From Nitrospirota bacterium (GTDB lineage: Bacteria; Nitrospirota; Thermodesulfovibrionia; Thermodesulfovibrionales; UBA9159), in the NCBI GenBank assembly GCA_963699545.1, contig CAVOUE010000009.1, positions 128,001 to 192,000 on the forward strand: a DNA stretch of 64,000 bases. Direction: 5' to 3'. The translations under genes were made by a program, and so were the position numbers. This document shows positions 61,435 to 64,000 of this stretch, one piece after another (the first letter of the stretch is position 1; each line of letters opens with the position of its first letter). The notes under the pieces were generated by a model. It saw nothing but the letters and a program-made list of their open reading frames with translations. It searched no databases and was not told the DNA's origin.

Positions 61435-62370
61435 TCAGCCTTTACCCCTCGGGTGCATTGCCGTTCCCCTTGCCTCATGTTCCCTGGCATCGGCCGTATG
61501 AATGTTTTTCACTTTCTCGAGTATGTATGCCTTGAACGCTTCCGAGACCTCTTTGTTCCTTAGAGCCAGGTCAACGGTCGCCTTGAGGAACCCGACCTTG
61601 TCCCCTGCATCGTATCTCGTCCCCCTGGTGCGATACCCGTAGATCGGCTGTTTCTTCAGCAGATCCCGCAAGGCGTCGGTGAGCTGTATCTCGCCGCCGG
61701 CGCCGGCCGTCTGCTTCTCAAGGACTCCGAAGATATCAGGGGTGAGAATATATCGTCCGATAATGGCAAGGGTTGAGGGCGCATCTTCACTCTTTGGCTT
61801 TTCCACCAGGTTGCGAATTTTATAGACATCCCCTTCCGGCACCCCGTCGATGATACCGTATTTATGGACCTCGGACCTCGGCACTTCTTCCAACGCTATC
61901 ACCGGACATTCTACCTTCTCATAAACGCCGATCATCTCCCTGAGGAGAGGGTAATCAGGATCGATCACGTCATCGCTCAGGAGAACCGCAAGGGGCTCAT
62001 CCTTCACAAAGGGTTTCGCGCAGAGAATGGCATGACCGAGACCGAGAGCTACCCTCTGCCTGATATATGCGAAGTTGATGTGGCTCAACTTGTTTATCTC
62101 CTCCAGGAGCTTCTTCTTGCCGGTATTTTTTAATTTTTCTTCCAGTTCGTAGGCAGAGTCAAAGTGATCCTCAATGGCCCGCTTGTGTTTTCCCGTGATG
62201 ATGATGAAGTCTTCGATGCCGCAGGATATGGCCTCCTCCACCGCATACTGGATCATGGGCTTGTCAACAATGGGGAGCATCTCCTTGGGGGACGCCTTCG
62301 TGGCAGGCAGGAATCTCGTACCAAGGCCGGCAGCCGGTAATATCGCTTTCTTAATCCTCTTTTCCTTCAT
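61435..62370 (-). CDS. galU: UTP--glucose-1-phosphate uridylyltransferase
   Basis: PAAGLGTRFLPATKASPKEMLPIVDKP, VEKP, GEIQLTDA. Confidence 0.95.
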   Translation of the reverse strand: MKEKRIKKAILPAAGLGTRFLPATKASPKEMLPIVDKPMIQYAVEEAISCGIEDFIIITGKHKRAIEDHFDSAYELEEKLKNTGKKKLLEEINKLSHINFAYIRQRVALGLGHAILCAKPFVKDEPLAVLLSDDVIDPDYPLLREMIGVYEKVECPVIALEEVPRSEVHKYGIIDGVPEGDVYKIRNLVEKPKSEDAPSTLAIIGRYILTPDIFGVLEKQTAGAGGEIQLTDALRDLLKKQPIYGYRTRGTRYDAGDKVGFLKATVDLALRNKEVSEAFKAYILEKVKNIHTADAREHEARGTAMHPRGKG

Positions 62371-62594
62371 CTATTTCCCGTAATGAGAATGCATAACAGG
62401 TGGCTTCAAAATGACTTTGGTTCAGACTTCATATAACTCCTTTATTTTATGGAAAAAACCCTGATTAGTCAAGGGAAAGAAAGGGTGCCGGGACACTTGA
62501 AATTATCCATGGATACGATAAGCTGTTAATGGATGCAGCTCCGCGCAGACAGCGGCAGGGGCGGGAAAACGAACAAGCTGGAAAAGGAGGGATT

Positions 62595-62765
62595 ATGACA
62601 GTAGAAAATCTCATAGCGAAGTTAAAGAGCTATCCACCTAACATGAAGGCATTTACCTACAACGCAAGAGGCGAGATGGTAGAGGTGGACAATCCTGAGC
62701 TCCTGGCAGGCGATGATGAAGCGTGGCATGAGAAGCAAAGTGAAGATGTTCTACTGATCTCCTGA
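62595..62765 (+). CDS. Small hypothetical protein
   Basis: SD AAGGAGG followed by MTVENLIAKLKSYPPNM... (56 aa). Confidence 0.55.
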   Translation: MTVENLIAKLKSYPPNMKAFTYNARGEMVEVDNPELLAGDDEAWHEKQSEDVLLIS

Positions 62766-62955
62766 GAGCGGGAAGGCGTTCGCTTGACCGTATGATTTGA
62801 AATACGCGGGAGCACACCCCATTTTTCTTCACTGTTCCCTGCGATTTCGTACCTGACCCCTGTCCTGGTGCGATTGCACATTCATACCGGCAGCTCTCAC
62901 TCATTTCGATGCATTGGCGATGCGGACTTCGGAGGAAGAAGTACAAGACACCGGT

Positions 62956-63999
62956 CTATTCCTCTTTTTTCTTAATATCTTCCATGAACTGTTTGATCCC
63001 CCTCACCAGTTCCTCGGGAGTGCCAAAAGCCGGTGAGCACTTTTTCCCCCAGCAGACATATGACGCTTCTGCTAAGGGATAACCGAGTTCTTTGATTCGG
63101 CCTCTTTCCCGCTTTAAAGAAAGTACCCTCACTACCTTTTCGGGGATGTATGTCTTGTTGGCCTGCACTAAAAATCTCCTCGCTCTCTTATCGTGAGCAA
63201 TGACCGTAATCACCAGTGGCTCCTCCAAGCTCCATCGCAATGCAGTCCCGTAAAGCGCAGCAGACGGTTCAAAATATTCATAGGTACTTCTCAGTTTGGC
63301 GCTCGTCCCGTCAATAATCTCTTTCCTATCCTTGCTTCCATTGATGTAATAAAGTCTGCTCAGGAAGATCACTGCCCTGTAGTTGGATGAAGCCGAGGTA
63401 TAATCCAAGAGCGTGCTTGCCGTAGAAGGTCTTACATCCGTTGTGTCAAGAGTGGGCCTGAACTGCTTATGTTCATGATCATAGAATCTGTTTACCAGAA
63501 AGCGAGCAATGTCTTCTGCTCCGTTCATGTACCGGCTCTCGCCCGTTGCATTGTAGAGATCGATAAGCGCCAACCCGAGAAGAACGTTATCAGAGAGGAG
63601 ACCGTTCAGGTGTTTCCCGCCGAGGTAATAGTGAAATACGCCATCGTCTATTGAATAGAGATTCTTCATAATAAAGTCCGCCGTCTTTTCCGCGATCTTA
63701 AGGTATCCCTTTCCCCCCGTGGCGCCGGAGGCGGCGATCAGCGCGGTAATCATCTGAGCATTCGAGTCAGCATACATGGTATGGTCAACATACGGCGGTT
63801 TAAGCCGGTTCCTGTTCGTCCTCTTATAGTAGTCCTCATCGGCATCCTGACTTCCATAAAAAGCGCCCTTCCTGCTGCCATACAGATGCTTCTCCACATA
63901 GTTCATGGTCTCCTTCATGACCTTCATGTAGCTGGTGTTGCCAAAGATCATATAGGCTGACGCATAATTCTTAATAAGCTCAGCATTCAACTCCAGCAT
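62956..63999 (-). CDS. Thioredoxin-domain/YyaL (DUF255) family protein, C-terminal part (runs off window)
   Basis: KML..NA-like start, FYGSQDAD, PYVD, NAQMITAL, YVC...CS. Confidence 0.8.
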   Translation of the reverse strand: MLELNAELIKNYASAYMIFGNTSYMKVMKETMNYVEKHLYGSRKGAFYGSQDADEDYYKRTNRNRLKPPYVDHTMYADSNAQMITALIAASGATGGKGYLKIAEKTADFIMKNLYSIDDGVFHYYLGGKHLNGLLSDNVLLGLALIDLYNATGESRYMNGAEDIARFLVNRFYDHEHKQFRPTLDTTDVRPSTASTLLDYTSASSNYRAVIFLSRLYYINGSKDRKEIIDGTSAKLRSTYEYFEPSAALYGTALRWSLEEPLVITVIAHDKRARRFLVQANKTYIPEKVVRVLSLKRERGRIKELGYPLAEASYVCWGKKCSPAFGTPEELVRGIKQFMEDIKKKEE

Positions 64000-64000
64000 C

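Overview
A 64-kb bacterial chromosomal segment from a GC-rich diderm, probably an anaerobe. Gene content and style suggest Nitrospirota/Thermodesulfovibrionia or a deltaproteobacteria-like lineage, but this is inference only. Most of the window is housekeeping or metabolic: acyl-CoA dehydrogenase, pmbA, queD, hpt, pyrF, dcd, gdhA, pepN, rimO, thiL, lon, hsp20, galU. About a dozen genes carry single-base frameshifts, probably long-read assembly errors. Three regions stand out. (1) 8.6-10.7 kb: an exported protein with a 28-Cys metallothionein-like tandem-repeat array fused to a YtkA/FixH-like Met/His domain, co-transcribed with a MauG/MbnH-like di-haem enzyme. (2) 23-28 kb plus 44.6-46.2 kb: a reconstructable sigma54 nitrogen regulon with two amt genes, PII and a porin. 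It uses a shared CTACA-N4-TGTAG operator that also overlaps the -35 of a NifA-type activator gene, and its first gene is a stand-alone HTH resembling that activator's DNA-binding domain. (3) 37.7-43.8 kb: an AT-rich defence-type cargo (AbrB-PIN TA, Shedu nuclease with an unusual N-terminus, TcmP plus radical SAM) inserted between lexA and dinB of an SOS cassette. It is bounded by two related GTAG-type palindromes, and tcmP is knocked out by an IS3 element. Many genes appear to be leaderless. No rRNA, tRNA or CRISPR array was recognised.
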